This document shows positions 9,238-19,049 of a DNA stretch of 64,000 nt, piece by piece. The stretch lies in IMG/VR virus record IMGVR_UViG_3300035208_001992; one strand, 5' to 3'. The position numbers and the translations under genes are program-made. The notes under the pieces are model-generated. The model did not search any database, was not told the origin of the DNA, and saw nothing but the letters and a program-made list of their open reading frames with translations. The stretch is from a virus (taxonomy: Duplodnaviria > Heunggongvirae > Uroviricota > Caudoviricetes). The first letter of the stretch is position 1. Each line of letters starts with the position of its first letter.

Positions 9238-10034
9238 TATAAACCTCGTGGCCAAGTTTTGCGTACATCAATCCAGTCTTGCTTAATTATACGTGTTTTC
9301 AGCAAGTCACTAACTTTGTCAAGCGCCTCTTTGAAAGTCGTTTTGGCTGGCAGTGCTCGCAGTTCATTGAGTCTGTCTTCGTCATCATCGTAACGTTTTC
9401 CAACATCTATTTGGACGCTACCGCTAGGATGCTGCGTGAAGATGATATAGACTGTATGATCACTATACTTGCCGTAGTACGTTGTACCTTGATGATCGCG
9501 CTCTTCGCATTCGAACTTGATCTTGTTGAGCATGAACTTTTGAGGCATGCGTTCAAACGAGTCGATCGTTGGATTCGCGTCGTACTCAGGCGAGACACGT
9601 GCAACCACGCGAGTTGGTTTTGCTGTGATCACAAGTGGTGGTTGTGTGCTGCGTTTAAGCTCTGCGTTCAACCGCTTGAGCAAATCATCCAAAGGGATTG
9701 GAAACACGCTCTCGTTTGATATGAGCCGGCGCATTAAACGCGTAGGATCTTTTGTACCTGCTTCACGCGCGCGTACAGTGACTGTCTGCGTGCCGCCGCT
9801 ATCATTGTTTTGTATGAATGGTATTTTGTACGTGACATCATCGATATCACATGAATACTCGACGAGTGAAAACGAATGATAGCCTGTATCGACGCTTCCA
9901 CGCTTAGCAACATGGCCGTCCAGATAGAGTATTGCTGGCAGTTGACCGATGCGCTCGATGTTCTTTTGCTCGTTGGCAGCGCGAGCAGCCACGCTAAAAC
10001 CAAGAAGCGCCAGACGTTGTACAACGTTAGTCAT
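9237..10034 (-). CDS. Leader-motif cargo protein, two modules, 265 aa
   Basis: MTNVVQRLALLGFSVAARAANE; internal VVARVSPE; ATGA overlap at 10034. Confidence 0.85.
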   Translation of the reverse strand: MTNVVQRLALLGFSVAARAANEQKNIERIGQLPAILYLDGHVAKRGSVDTGYHSFSLVEYSCDIDDVTYKIPFIQNNDSGGTQTVTVRAREAGTKDPTRLMRRLISNESVFPIPLDDLLKRLNAELKRSTQPPLVITAKPTRVVARVSPEYDANPTIDSFERMPQKFMLNKIKFECEERDHQGTTYYGKYSDHTVYIIFTQHPSGSVQIDVGKRYDDDEDRLNELRALPAKTTFKEALDKVSDLLKTRIIKQDWIDVRKTWPRGL

Positions 10035-10570
10035 TTGTGCATTGTCTTTCGTAAGTGCTTCAACAAAGCTTCGTCTGCTTTGTGCACGTTGTTCTCGACC
10101 CAATCAGGTAGATCATTGATGCTGTTGAGCTTCGTCTGCGCAATGACCAAATCTTCAATCGAAAACGAAACCGGAATCTCAGTCATGTCTTGAGCCATCG
10201 AGTGCTGGACGATGTTGCTTTGCGCGTCTTCCCAATCAGCGCCTTTGATATGACCTATGTTGAGCTGTAGTGGCAGTCCCCAAGCATACAGATCAGTCTG
10301 GTACATTTTGGCGTCTGCTTCATCTTCGATGAGCGACTTTGCCTCAGTAGAGAGCGCCTCAATTTGCATGTAGTTGGCATCGCACTGCCGATCCCAATTG
10401 CAATCAAGCGTGAAGTGACGTGCCTTCTTCAGAGCGCGATTGACATCATCTGAGAACGCGTCATGATACAACGGCACAATGCCAGGTGAAACAAACTTCT
10501 GTCTGTTCTCGCTAGCAACGCGTCCTGTGACGACGAATCCTAATTTAGCTAACTTAGCCGATACTTGCAT
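10031..10570 (-). CDS. Leader-motif cargo protein, 179 aa
   Basis: MQVSAKLAKLGFVVTGRVASE. Confidence 0.85.
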   Translation of the reverse strand: MQVSAKLAKLGFVVTGRVASENRQKFVSPGIVPLYHDAFSDDVNRALKKARHFTLDCNWDRQCDANYMQIEALSTEAKSLIEDEADAKMYQTDLYAWGLPLQLNIGHIKGADWEDAQSNIVQHSMAQDMTEIPVSFSIEDLVIAQTKLNSINDLPDWVENNVHKADEALLKHLRKTMHK

Positions 10571-10598
10571 TTGTCTGCCCTCTAAGATTTGATCGCGA

Positions 10599-11600
10599 TC
10601 AGCGTTCTACGTGCTTCCAAGGCTTCGGCTGTATGATCTTGCCGCCATTGTCAATCACGATCTTCTTGATCGCGTCAAGTGCACTTGTACGCGATTGCGG
10701 ATCAGGAAATACCATGAAAGCGTCTTCATCATAGTCGAATGTGGTACTAAGTTCTCGAACAGTAGCTGAGTTAGGTTTGTTCGATGTATTCGATGTGCGC
10801 TGATTTGCGTTGAACTTGATTGCGCGTTCGGGGTGTATTGGCTTCGATACTGTCGAATCAATGAACTCAACAAGTGCAGCACTGCTATGGATTGCGTCGA
10901 TCATTTCTTTGAAAGACTTGAAGCGCTTTTTCTTCAAGAAGGCGCCGATCGGTTGCGTGATGACGTCAAGATCTTTGCCTGGCTTGAGCTCATGTATGCC
11001 AGCAAGATCAAGTGAGACAATCGTGCCAGTAGGCGAATTGATAATTAGCGTTATTAAGCTTTGCTCATTCTCGTCTTCTTCGAATGATATAGCAAACGTA
11101 TCACCTGCGTCGTTGCTGTGATTGTCCAAGCGACGCATCATGAAACGCCCAAGCATGAACTTCTTTGGCACAATGATCAGCGACTGATACTTTTCTTTGA
11201 AAGCGTCATGCGCGCTGATCAGTCGCTGCTTCAGTTCGCTAACAGGAACGTTTGCAGACGTATTTGACGGCGCAAGCTTGAATGTGCGCTTCATCAAAAT
11301 TTGGTTATTGGACGTAAGCTGTACATAAATCTCGTAGCTTGTGACTTTGTAGCTCTTGATGTCCACAGACACAACGAAGGTCATCGAGCCACGTCGTGCG
11401 TAATAGCTAAAATATGAGTCAACGCGGTTTACGTCACAATCTTCTAACTTGAACTTCAAACCAGCGACTTCGAACTTGTGGTCGCTCATTTTGAAGTCAT
11501 CATCTCCCACGCTGTCAATGCTGAATGGCAGCAAGCTGATACTGCTGGCCTCTCCAGCAAAACGTGCTTGTGCAAGTTCAAATGCTTGTGTCATGATCAC
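10599..11600 (-). CDS. Leader-motif cargo protein, 333 aa; paralog of 14952-15923
   Basis: QAFELAQARFAGE; shared C-terminal DNGG(K/R)I...K.WK module. Confidence 0.85.
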   Translation of the reverse strand: MIMTQAFELAQARFAGEASSISLLPFSIDSVGDDDFKMSDHKFEVAGLKFKLEDCDVNRVDSYFSYYARRGSMTFVVSVDIKSYKVTSYEIYVQLTSNNQILMKRTFKLAPSNTSANVPVSELKQRLISAHDAFKEKYQSLIIVPKKFMLGRFMMRRLDNHSNDAGDTFAISFEEDENEQSLITLIINSPTGTIVSLDLAGIHELKPGKDLDVITQPIGAFLKKKRFKSFKEMIDAIHSSAALVEFIDSTVSKPIHPERAIKFNANQRTSNTSNKPNSATVRELSTTFDYDEDAFMVFPDPQSRTSALDAIKKIVIDNGGKIIQPKPWKHVER

Positions 11601-12370
11601 TTACTCCCGCGAGTTGACTTGCCATACAGCTTCTTCAGATTGTCGATGTGACGCGCAAAAAGCTTCAATGACGCAACGCTGACTTCGATCGTTTCATCAC
11701 CAATCTTGACTGTGCCTTTGACTCTGGCATCTTCGGTTGGAACAAGTACCAGCTTGTTAGCTATAATGGCCTCATCAAGCTTTTGCTGCAGGTTGCTGAC
11801 CAGCAATCTACCTTTGAGCGTTGCTGAAACTCGTTTGGTTGTGTCAGCGCGCCGCGCTTGTAGAATTGCGCTGTTAACGTTATTTGCTTCGCCATAGACG
11901 TCAAGCTTGAACGATCCATTGTATGAAAATCGCCAGTCGCCTCGAAGATTTACGCCGGTTACGACCTTGATTGGTATCACTACGTCGCCGAATCTTAGTG
12001 CATAGCGTTTTGCAATCACGTTAGCGCTTGTTGCTGTCAATTTGTTGATTTTGGCAATGTCTTCACGTAAAGCGTCGACAAGATCTTTGCTGTTGTCAAT
12101 ATCGCGACTTGTGTCATTTCTGTTGATGTACGTGCCTACACTTACTGTGTCTCCATCTTGATCAGATATTGTGATGCCATTCACGCGACCGAGCGCTGTT
12201 TTGTAGTCGGCTCTAAGCACCTTTTGATTTCGCCAAAGTACTTTGAAGTCAAGCCCTTCTATTTTGATTATTACAGCGCCTGATTTCTTAGGCATCTTCG
12301 AAAAGATGCGCTTCAACTGTTGGAGATAGTCAATGCCTTCGCCAGCGAAACGAGCAATTGCAGTGTTCAT
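11597..12370 (-). CDS. Leader-motif cargo protein, 257 aa
   Basis: MNTAIARFAGE. Confidence 0.85.
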   Translation of the reverse strand: MNTAIARFAGEGIDYLQQLKRIFSKMPKKSGAVIIKIEGLDFKVLWRNQKVLRADYKTALGRVNGITISDQDGDTVSVGTYINRNDTSRDIDNSKDLVDALREDIAKINKLTATSANVIAKRYALRFGDVVIPIKVVTGVNLRGDWRFSYNGSFKLDVYGEANNVNSAILQARRADTTKRVSATLKGRLLVSNLQQKLDEAIIANKLVLVPTEDARVKGTVKIGDETIEVSVASLKLFARHIDNLKKLYGKSTRGSK

Positions 12371-12371
12371 C

Positions 12372-13247
12372 TTAGTTTCCCTTCAAGTACTGCAACAAGT
12401 GCTTCTTGAATGCAACAGCATCTTTCACTTCAAACGTTTGCTTGACGCTGCCAACGTCAACAACTACTGTTGCGCCCATGCCTTGAGCTGTTGATTGGAA
12501 GATGTTCTTTGCATTACAAAGTTCACGTAATTTTGCTGGCAATTGTCCAGACTCTGCAAAGCTCGCTGGAATCTTGAAATCAAAGGTCCGATTCGATGTA
12601 GCACCGCGCGGCTTTGCTGTAACGCTTATTGCGATGTTAGGCTTACCAACGACATAGTGCAACTGCACTGCAATTGACGACGTTGACCAATTCCGAGTAG
12701 AAACAACTATGTCGCCGTCAGAATCTAACTCAATGACGGGATTGAGCTTCACGCCCATAAGCGTAATAGGTTGCTTTGCCCAATCAGGCACTTTAGTTGA
12801 CATCTCGTCGACTTTTGCGATTGCTGCGTTTATGCGCAATGCAAACTGCTCAGCCGCGTTATTAGCTGTTGCCTTTACAGGAGTGCCGATAGGATCGTCA
12901 CTAAGCGTCACAACGTATTTGTTGTCACTAATAATGTCATCATTGTCTATAGATATGGAAAAGCCTTTGTAAGTAGCGCCGTGGTTGATGTACTCGAACT
13001 CACGCGTGTAGAAGCCGTCTTCATTGTCGCTCATCGCATTGTTGATTACGCGCTCAAACCGTTTGCGTTCGGCGTCTAATGATCTCGTTCCAAATTTGAC
13101 GAACTTAAGATTTTTATAGACAAAAGCCGTCGGGAACTGATGATACCGCCTGAACGTTGCAAGCGCCTCAGTCAGCGATGGGTCTTTCGATTCGAGATTG
13201 ATCCGCGCTTGGACGATGTCAAGTGCTGGACTCACTGTTAGCATCAT
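12372..13247 (-). CDS. Leader-motif cargo protein, 291 aa
   Basis: SPALDIVQARINLE; the SPALDIVQAR segment is identical to that of 6288-6983. Confidence 0.85.
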   Translation of the reverse strand: MMLTVSPALDIVQARINLESKDPSLTEALATFRRYHQFPTAFVYKNLKFVKFGTRSLDAERKRFERVINNAMSDNEDGFYTREFEYINHGATYKGFSISIDNDDIISDNKYVVTLSDDPIGTPVKATANNAAEQFALRINAAIAKVDEMSTKVPDWAKQPITLMGVKLNPVIELDSDGDIVVSTRNWSTSSIAVQLHYVVGKPNIAISVTAKPRGATSNRTFDFKIPASFAESGQLPAKLRELCNAKNIFQSTAQGMGATVVVDVGSVKQTFEVKDAVAFKKHLLQYLKGN

Positions 13248-14062
13248 TTGCCTGCTTTGTGCTGCTCCAGCACGACTTTGATCTGTTCAAGAGCTGTACG
13301 GTAATTCGATACGTCATAGCGGAAGATGCGTTCGCCTTTGTTCAAGCGCTTGTCACGCAAGATGACGTCGATTTCAGCAGTCTTATCACCAGGGAAACCA
13401 TGATCCTTCAAGCACTTGGATATTGCGTTGACGATCTTCTCAACAGGCCATGTGTCCAGATCAAATTTGATCGGATACCTAAGTCTGCTGCGAACGAGCA
13501 TAGTGATGTCTTTGTCTTCAACATCGAAGAAGATCTCGATTGGGTAGTCTTTGAGCTTCCAACCGATCCAAGGCAAGTGTCCTACTGTATCATCGAAGTC
13601 GCCATTGCTGATTTCTGCATCAAGTCCGTTGAATGACTTGACTTTCGCCAGCTCTCTAAACTTCGGCATTGCGTTAGTGATCTTCGAATCAACCTCGTCG
13701 ACGATGCGACGAACTTCTACGTACTTTGGTGGAATGATGTCGTCAAGACTGTCGCCACTGCTTCTGCTGTCATCATATCCCCATCTAGCCTTGAGATTAC
13801 GACTTATCTGCATTACGCGTGTATGACCGGCAATGTTGAAAGACATGCTAACGTCGTTTTGGTTGACGCGGACGTTTGCGTCTAGTCCGCATTTAGCTAA
13901 TTTGCCACTACCACCATATGATGCACTTGACCAGCTTCTATCACGTACGTCATCGACCTGATTCAGCGTGAGCTCAATGCCACTCGCAGTGAATGACTCG
14001 AGCGCACGATCTGGATCTTCTGCGGCGATACGTGCTGACACGATCGAAAGCGCGGTATTCAT
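13244..14062 (-). CDS. Leader-motif cargo protein, 272 aa
   Basis: MNTALSIVSARIAAE. Confidence 0.85.
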   Translation of the reverse strand: MNTALSIVSARIAAEDPDRALESFTASGIELTLNQVDDVRDRSWSSASYGGSGKLAKCGLDANVRVNQNDVSMSFNIAGHTRVMQISRNLKARWGYDDSRSSGDSLDDIIPPKYVEVRRIVDEVDSKITNAMPKFRELAKVKSFNGLDAEISNGDFDDTVGHLPWIGWKLKDYPIEIFFDVEDKDITMLVRSRLRYPIKFDLDTWPVEKIVNAISKCLKDHGFPGDKTAEIDVILRDKRLNKGERIFRYDVSNYRTALEQIKVVLEQHKAGK

Positions 14063-14955
14063 TTCTTTGCTTTCTTCATTGGCGCAGCTGTGAAGCGATG
14101 CTTTTCAAGCAATGCCGTAAGTTCTTTATTGAATGCTTTCTTGTCTGCGATTGGCACGCGTTGTGATTGTCCATCGACGTCGATCAGCGCTGTTGGAATG
14201 CTCATGCCACTAACTTTAGATTTAGCAAGTTCTTTGTCAATCAGCTTCCTTGCACCATCGAAATTGACAACTTTAGAGAACGATAAGTTCTCAATCGTTT
14301 CGTTGATGCTGACAACGTTGTTGTCAGTTGTATGGAGTTTGTCTCCTTCAATTGTGATCGAAAACACTGGCTCTGATGGCTTTTCGCCGGCCGCACGATT
14401 CGCTGACAGTTCGAAATAAATGTTGAAGTGCTTTGCATCAACGTATTCTGCAAAGTACGATGACGTGTCTCGCAGTTTGTGCGAAACAGCTTTGAGCTTT
14501 ATGTCGCCAATATCGAACTCTGGCAGTAATGTACCAGCAAAGTTGTCCATGCTTTGCGCGTATTGCATTATCTGCTCAACAGCTTTGTTAGCCTTGCGCA
14601 AGTCTATGCCTTCATCGTAATTGTCTTCTGGAATAGGTATACCAGCGCTTATGTCAATGCATGCTAGCTCAAACTCGCTTGACCTATTCATCGACTTCCG
14701 TGTGTCACCGTTGCTCAAGCTGCTGCGAATCTCAACAGATATTTGACCATCATTGAGGTCACATGCAACCATTACACCATTTCGCAACGTGTGTACGAAT
14801 GAGTCCACCCTTGGAGCCCAACGTCGAAATACGAAGCCACCAACGCGTATTGACTTGATAGCTTTGAGATCGTCTTGGTCAAGATTGATGAGACCTGAGA
14901 CTGCGTTGTCTTCGCCTGCAACGCGAGCCTGAATCACTTGCAGTGCGGTCTTCAT
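14059..14955 (-). CDS. Leader-motif cargo protein, 298 aa
   Basis: MKTALQVIQARVAGE; ATGA overlap at 14955. Confidence 0.85.
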   Translation of the reverse strand: MKTALQVIQARVAGEDNAVSGLINLDQDDLKAIKSIRVGGFVFRRWAPRVDSFVHTLRNGVMVACDLNDGQISVEIRSSLSNGDTRKSMNRSSEFELACIDISAGIPIPEDNYDEGIDLRKANKAVEQIMQYAQSMDNFAGTLLPEFDIGDIKLKAVSHKLRDTSSYFAEYVDAKHFNIYFELSANRAAGEKPSEPVFSITIEGDKLHTTDNNVVSINETIENLSFSKVVNFDGARKLIDKELAKSKVSGMSIPTALIDVDGQSQRVPIADKKAFNKELTALLEKHRFTAAPMKKAKK

Positions 14956-15923
14956 GGCGTTGGCTTCCAATCTTTCTCGCTCATAATACGACCGCCGTTG
15001 TCTTTGATCAATTTGCGTAGCGTATCGAGCACAGTGTTGCGCGTTTCAGCATCTTTGAAGATCACGTGCATGAAGCCGTCATCATCGATGTATTCACTTG
15101 GACTGTTAAGCGCATCAGCAGGCAGTGGAGAAGTGTGCTGCACGTTCAGCTGCATAATGCGTTCATCAATGCCACGCTTTGGTTTGAGCTTGGCTAACTT
15201 TGACATAATTGACTTGTTGCTAGTTATAGCCTTCAGCATCTCATCGAAGTTCGCTGCCGGCTTTTCAAGCAAGTCAACAATAGTATCGTTGTCGCATTCA
15301 GTGAGATCGAATGGGTCTTCACCGTCAGCCATGTCACCGTTCAAGAAGAACCAGCAGACGTTGTTCTTGTATTTGTCGATCCCGATTTCGACCATTGGCT
15401 TGTCTTCTGAATCTTTGGTGTCAGATACGAACTCATGAGTGTCGTCACGCTTCTTCTTAATCATGTTGAACGGGCCAAGATTGAATGACGCAGGAGTCTT
15501 GAATGAATCCTTAAACATAGCCCTAGCTGCTGGCTTCAGCATATTGAATGCGTCTTCAATCGCTGACATGCTGATTGAGTCGCCAGTTGCTTTGAATTTC
15601 TTCGTATTGTTGTTTTCTCGACGACGCATGTTAGACGGGTGAGCGTCGCACTCGTAGCTAGCGAATTTACCAGCTCTATAATTCAACGTGAGCGCATATG
15701 TAATGCCACTGACTTTAGCGTAGAAGCTGATCCACTCCAACTTGCCCTTTGACGTGTAGTCACAGCTAGTTTTTGTGAATTTCAACTTCCCAACGTTTGC
15801 CAATTCAAGAATCGCGCGTTCGTCCGCGTCATCTAGCTCGGCAAGGTGCTTGATTTGCGCTGCGTCGATTGATTTAGTTTCGCCGGCAACGCGGGCCTTC
15901 ACGATTGAAAGTGCGGTCTTCAT
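14952..15923 (-). CDS. Leader-motif cargo protein, 323 aa
   Basis: MKTALSIVKARVAGE. Confidence 0.85.
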   Translation of the reverse strand: MKTALSIVKARVAGETKSIDAAQIKHLAELDDADERAILELANVGKLKFTKTSCDYTSKGKLEWISFYAKVSGITYALTLNYRAGKFASYECDAHPSNMRRRENNNTKKFKATGDSISMSAIEDAFNMLKPAARAMFKDSFKTPASFNLGPFNMIKKKRDDTHEFVSDTKDSEDKPMVEIGIDKYKNNVCWFFLNGDMADGEDPFDLTECDNDTIVDLLEKPAANFDEMLKAITSNKSIMSKLAKLKPKRGIDERIMQLNVQHTSPLPADALNSPSEYIDDDGFMHVIFKDAETRNTVLDTLRKLIKDNGGRIMSEKDWKPTP

Positions 15924-16849
15924 GCTGCTGCTTTCTTTTGTTCTGTCGTTGCGTCGAGTTCTGTTGCTGCAGTTGATGCTTGTGGACGCAAGTACAAAGA
16001 TGATAAGTTAGCCTGATATACAACTTCGAGCGTTTTGATTGCTCGATTGAATTCGCCGCGCACTTTCTCTTCAATCTTGCGCGCAGAGTCTTTGAGGCCT
16101 TCACGGAACTGATCACGCTGGAACTCGGACACCATCGTTGGTGACATGTCTTCGATCATCGTTCTGAACGCGTCGATGTTCAACTTGATCACGCCAGACA
16201 TGAACGGATACACAAGCTGCTTGACGATCTTCTCAGCAACTTCCTGAGGATCATCGAGGTCCTGATAGGACTCGTACAATTCCTTCATCGTCTTCATGAA
16301 GCCGTTCATCGCGGCATGATTCGTCTCAGACGCTGGATCGTTCTTGTATTCTTGAACAGCGATTTCGAGGCACTCATCGAAGTCACGCATGCGGCGACTG
16401 AAGACTTCTTTTGGTGAAGGCAACGAGTCTGCAGACGCTACATTTGAGTTAGCGTTTTGAACGCTTGGCAAGCCAATGGTCTGTCTGTTCACGATTGACA
16501 TCGTTGTTTGGCCACGACGCAACTCAAAGATTCTCGACAGAGATACGCCGCATTGCACTGCAACTAGAGGTTCGCTTGCACCTGACGAAAGCAACTCCAT
16601 AGCCTTGCGCTCGAGATCTTCGATCGGTGACAGCACTGTTGACGCATGCTCAAGCGGCTGTAGCTCAACGAACTGCGTTGGCTTGATCTCGCGTTCAACA
16701 GTCACAGTTGCTGATTGAGTTCGAGCTGGAGGTACAGGAGCGGGACGACGCTGTGGAGCGACTGGAGGCGCTGGACGCAATGGCGGAGGCGGTGGGCGCT
16801 TTGGTGGCGCGCTCACTTGCCTCAGCTGAGATAGTCTTGAATCAAGCAT
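15920..16849 (-). CDS. Pro-rich, helix-turn-helix-containing protein, 309 aa
   Basis: PPKRPPPPPLRPAPP N-terminus; HTH-like ELLSSGASEPLVAVQCGVSLSRIFELRRG; helical C-terminus; no leader motif. Confidence 0.7.
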   Translation of the reverse strand: MLDSRLSQLRQVSAPPKRPPPPPLRPAPPVAPQRRPAPVPPARTQSATVTVEREIKPTQFVELQPLEHASTVLSPIEDLERKAMELLSSGASEPLVAVQCGVSLSRIFELRRGQTTMSIVNRQTIGLPSVQNANSNVASADSLPSPKEVFSRRMRDFDECLEIAVQEYKNDPASETNHAAMNGFMKTMKELYESYQDLDDPQEVAEKIVKQLVYPFMSGVIKLNIDAFRTMIEDMSPTMVSEFQRDQFREGLKDSARKIEEKVRGEFNRAIKTLEVVYQANLSSLYLRPQASTAATELDATTEQKKAAA

Positions 16850-17645
16850 CTTGAACCTCTACACCGTATTTGTTGAGCAATGCATTGAGCTCTTGTCTGA
16901 ACTTTGCTTGATCGTTGATTTGGAATTCGCGTTTGTCAACGCCGTACTGATATTCGAACGTCGCGTCAGTGCTGTCAAGCACTTCTCTGATTTTGCGTGC
17001 ATTGTTACGAGCTAGCGCGTTCAACACTGCAATGTAGTTCAGCGGATCAACGTATTTATGCACGCTGAACTTGCTGTCGCCACGACCAACAACTATTGAC
17101 ACCTCTGTTGGCACAAACATGTTGCTGCTAAGATCATCGTTCCATTCAGACATTGCTGTGCCACGGAAGCGTACTTGCAAGCTGTTTAGCTGATTTTCAC
17201 TACGCGTTTCGTAAACGAATAGTCTTTGTGGACCAGCAAATTTTGATGCGCTAACAAGCGGAATAGTCAAGCCAGCAAACTTGATCGGCTTCTTCGCATT
17301 GAAATTTGTGATGGCTGCATTGCAACGCTGCTCGATCAAAACAGTCTTTTCATAGGCCTGAATTAGATCAAACTCCTTGAGGTTTGCTATTGGCCAAGTG
17401 CTTGACGTATTGAACAAGCTTACAATTACTTTTTTCGCTCTTAAATTGACAACAAGTATTGAGCTCAAGCCAGTGAAAGCTATTTCAGTAAGACCATCTT
17501 CATTATCTACTATGTTAGCATAAATGCCAGACTTCAAACTGACACGTTCTTCTGGTTGACGATCAAGCGTCAAGTCGATAGCATGAATCATCGGCTTCTC
17601 AGCAGAAATGCGCGCAACGATGCTAGGCCAAATGCTGCTGATCAC
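16842..17645 (-). CDS. Leader-motif cargo protein, about 267 aa
   Basis: A GTG start gives (M)ISSIWPSIVARISAE, matching leader length and avoiding overlap with 17678-18070. Confidence 0.8.
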   Translation of the reverse strand: MISSIWPSIVARISAEKPMIHAIDLTLDRQPEERVSLKSGIYANIVDNEDGLTEIAFTGLSSILVVNLRAKKVIVSLFNTSSTWPIANLKEFDLIQAYEKTVLIEQRCNAAITNFNAKKPIKFAGLTIPLVSASKFAGPQRLFVYETRSENQLNSLQVRFRGTAMSEWNDDLSSNMFVPTEVSIVVGRGDSKFSVHKYVDPLNYIAVLNALARNNARKIREVLDSTDATFEYQYGVDKREFQINDQAKFRQELNALLNKYGVEVQDA

Positions 17646-17677
17646 TTTTGAGACTTTCTGCTGTGCGTGTCCATATA

Positions 17678-18070
17678 CTAAGAGTTCCTTGAATGCTGCT
17701 GTATCAGCCGGGCTAACTTGTGATCTTCTTTGGCAGCGACAAGCAGTTCTTTTAGCCCAACGCGTTGATTTGCTGTATGTTGCGATGCGCTTGAGTAGAT
17801 GCCTTCCCATGTATGTGGATCAGTCCGGACGTCAAATGAGTAATGAGCATGATCGCGGTAGAAAAAGATTCGCATGATCTGTTTATGCTCGTAAACAACG
17901 GCACCTCCACCGAAGAGCGAGTCAACGACATACATATCACAGAAGTAATCCCAGACAATTCCACCAACCGTGATCGTCTTTGGCTTGTTAGCCCATGACT
18001 GCTCTTCAGGTTCAGCAGCTACGCGTGCAACGCATAAGCCAAGCTGCGCTAAACGCTTTTGCATGTTCAT
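17678..18070 (-). CDS. Leader-motif cargo protein, 130 aa
   Basis: MNMQKRLAQLGLCVARVAAE. Confidence 0.85.
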   Translation of the reverse strand: MNMQKRLAQLGLCVARVAAEPEEQSWANKPKTITVGGIVWDYFCDMYVVDSLFGGGAVVYEHKQIMRIFFYRDHAHYSFDVRTDPHTWEGIYSSASQHTANQRVGLKELLVAAKEDHKLARLIQQHSRNS

Positions 18071-18966
18071 GAGATGAGCTCCGCGTACTTCTTCATGAAT
18101 TCGGTTGCAGCTTTCTTGTCAGCCATTTTGTGCACGATGCTGATTTCACCAACGCCACTCTTGACGAATTTCTTCATATTGACAGTGATGTCATCGAGCA
18201 ACTGTTTCACTGAGCATGGCTTCATCATGCCTTCAATGATGTCTGCTTTACGATCGTTGATTGAGAGTCCAACGTAGTATTGGATTGGCCATCTCTCGTC
18301 GTGGATAACGCTGTGACCGGTTCCAAGATCATCCTTGTAGACATGGAGCCTAACTTTCCAATTGTTGCCGTCATCAACAGTCGCGACCCAGCGCATGACT
18401 TCACGGAATTCAGCTTGGTCGTACATGAATCCATCTATTTTGAACTTCATATTGCCGATGCTGAACTCGCGTGGCAGTTCTTTGCGGATGCTGTTGATGT
18501 GCTGCACTTCGCCAGCAGTACGTGCAAGCACTACGTTCGGAAGTTTGCGGAACTTGTTGCAAGCAGCCTTGTAAGCATTTGTTAGCTTACGGATGCTTGC
18601 CTCGCGTTCGATCCTGATATGATATGTGGCTCTCGGCCAGTCTTTGCGTGCTGCACGCGTATCCGCTAGCGGCGCGAATTGCACAAACATGATGCCTGGT
18701 TTGGACGACTCGCGCACATGCATAAAGATGATTGGATCGCCAGAATCTTTCAGTGGTCTCAGCGTTGTGTCAAAGCCAGAGTGCTCGCCTTGTCGCGCAA
18801 ACTTTAGTGATGGAAGACCAGTAGCGTTGTCATTACCGACAATACGATTGATGATCTCCATGGCTTCACGCATCTTGTAGCGCTTAAGCGTCAAGTCGAA
18901 TGTCTCGTCATCGATTTCAGACGCAACTCGTGCTTGTATGATGTCGAGGGCTTTGGTGAGCTCCAT
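18067..18966 (-). CDS. Leader-motif cargo protein, two modules, 299 aa
   Basis: MELTKALDIIQARVASE; internal VVLARTAGE; GGAG RBS. Confidence 0.85.
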   Translation of the reverse strand: MELTKALDIIQARVASEIDDETFDLTLKRYKMREAMEIINRIVGNDNATGLPSLKFARQGEHSGFDTTLRPLKDSGDPIIFMHVRESSKPGIMFVQFAPLADTRAARKDWPRATYHIRIEREASIRKLTNAYKAACNKFRKLPNVVLARTAGEVQHINSIRKELPREFSIGNMKFKIDGFMYDQAEFREVMRWVATVDDGNNWKVRLHVYKDDLGTGHSVIHDERWPIQYYVGLSINDRKADIIEGMMKPCSVKQLLDDITVNMKKFVKSGVGEISIVHKMADKKAATEFMKKYAELIS

Positions 18967-18990
18967 GATTCACTCCAGATTGCGTTAGAA

Positions 18991-19026
18991 TAACACAAAG
19001 AGGCGCCACCAATCGGCAGCGCCTCT
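18991..19026 (-). terminator. Rho-independent terminator
   Basis: AGAGGCGC / GCGCCUCU stem (18999-19006 with 19019-19026) followed by UUGUGUUAUU; intergenic. Confidence 0.75.
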
Positions 19027-19049
19027 CAAATGCGGCAACAAGTCACAGC

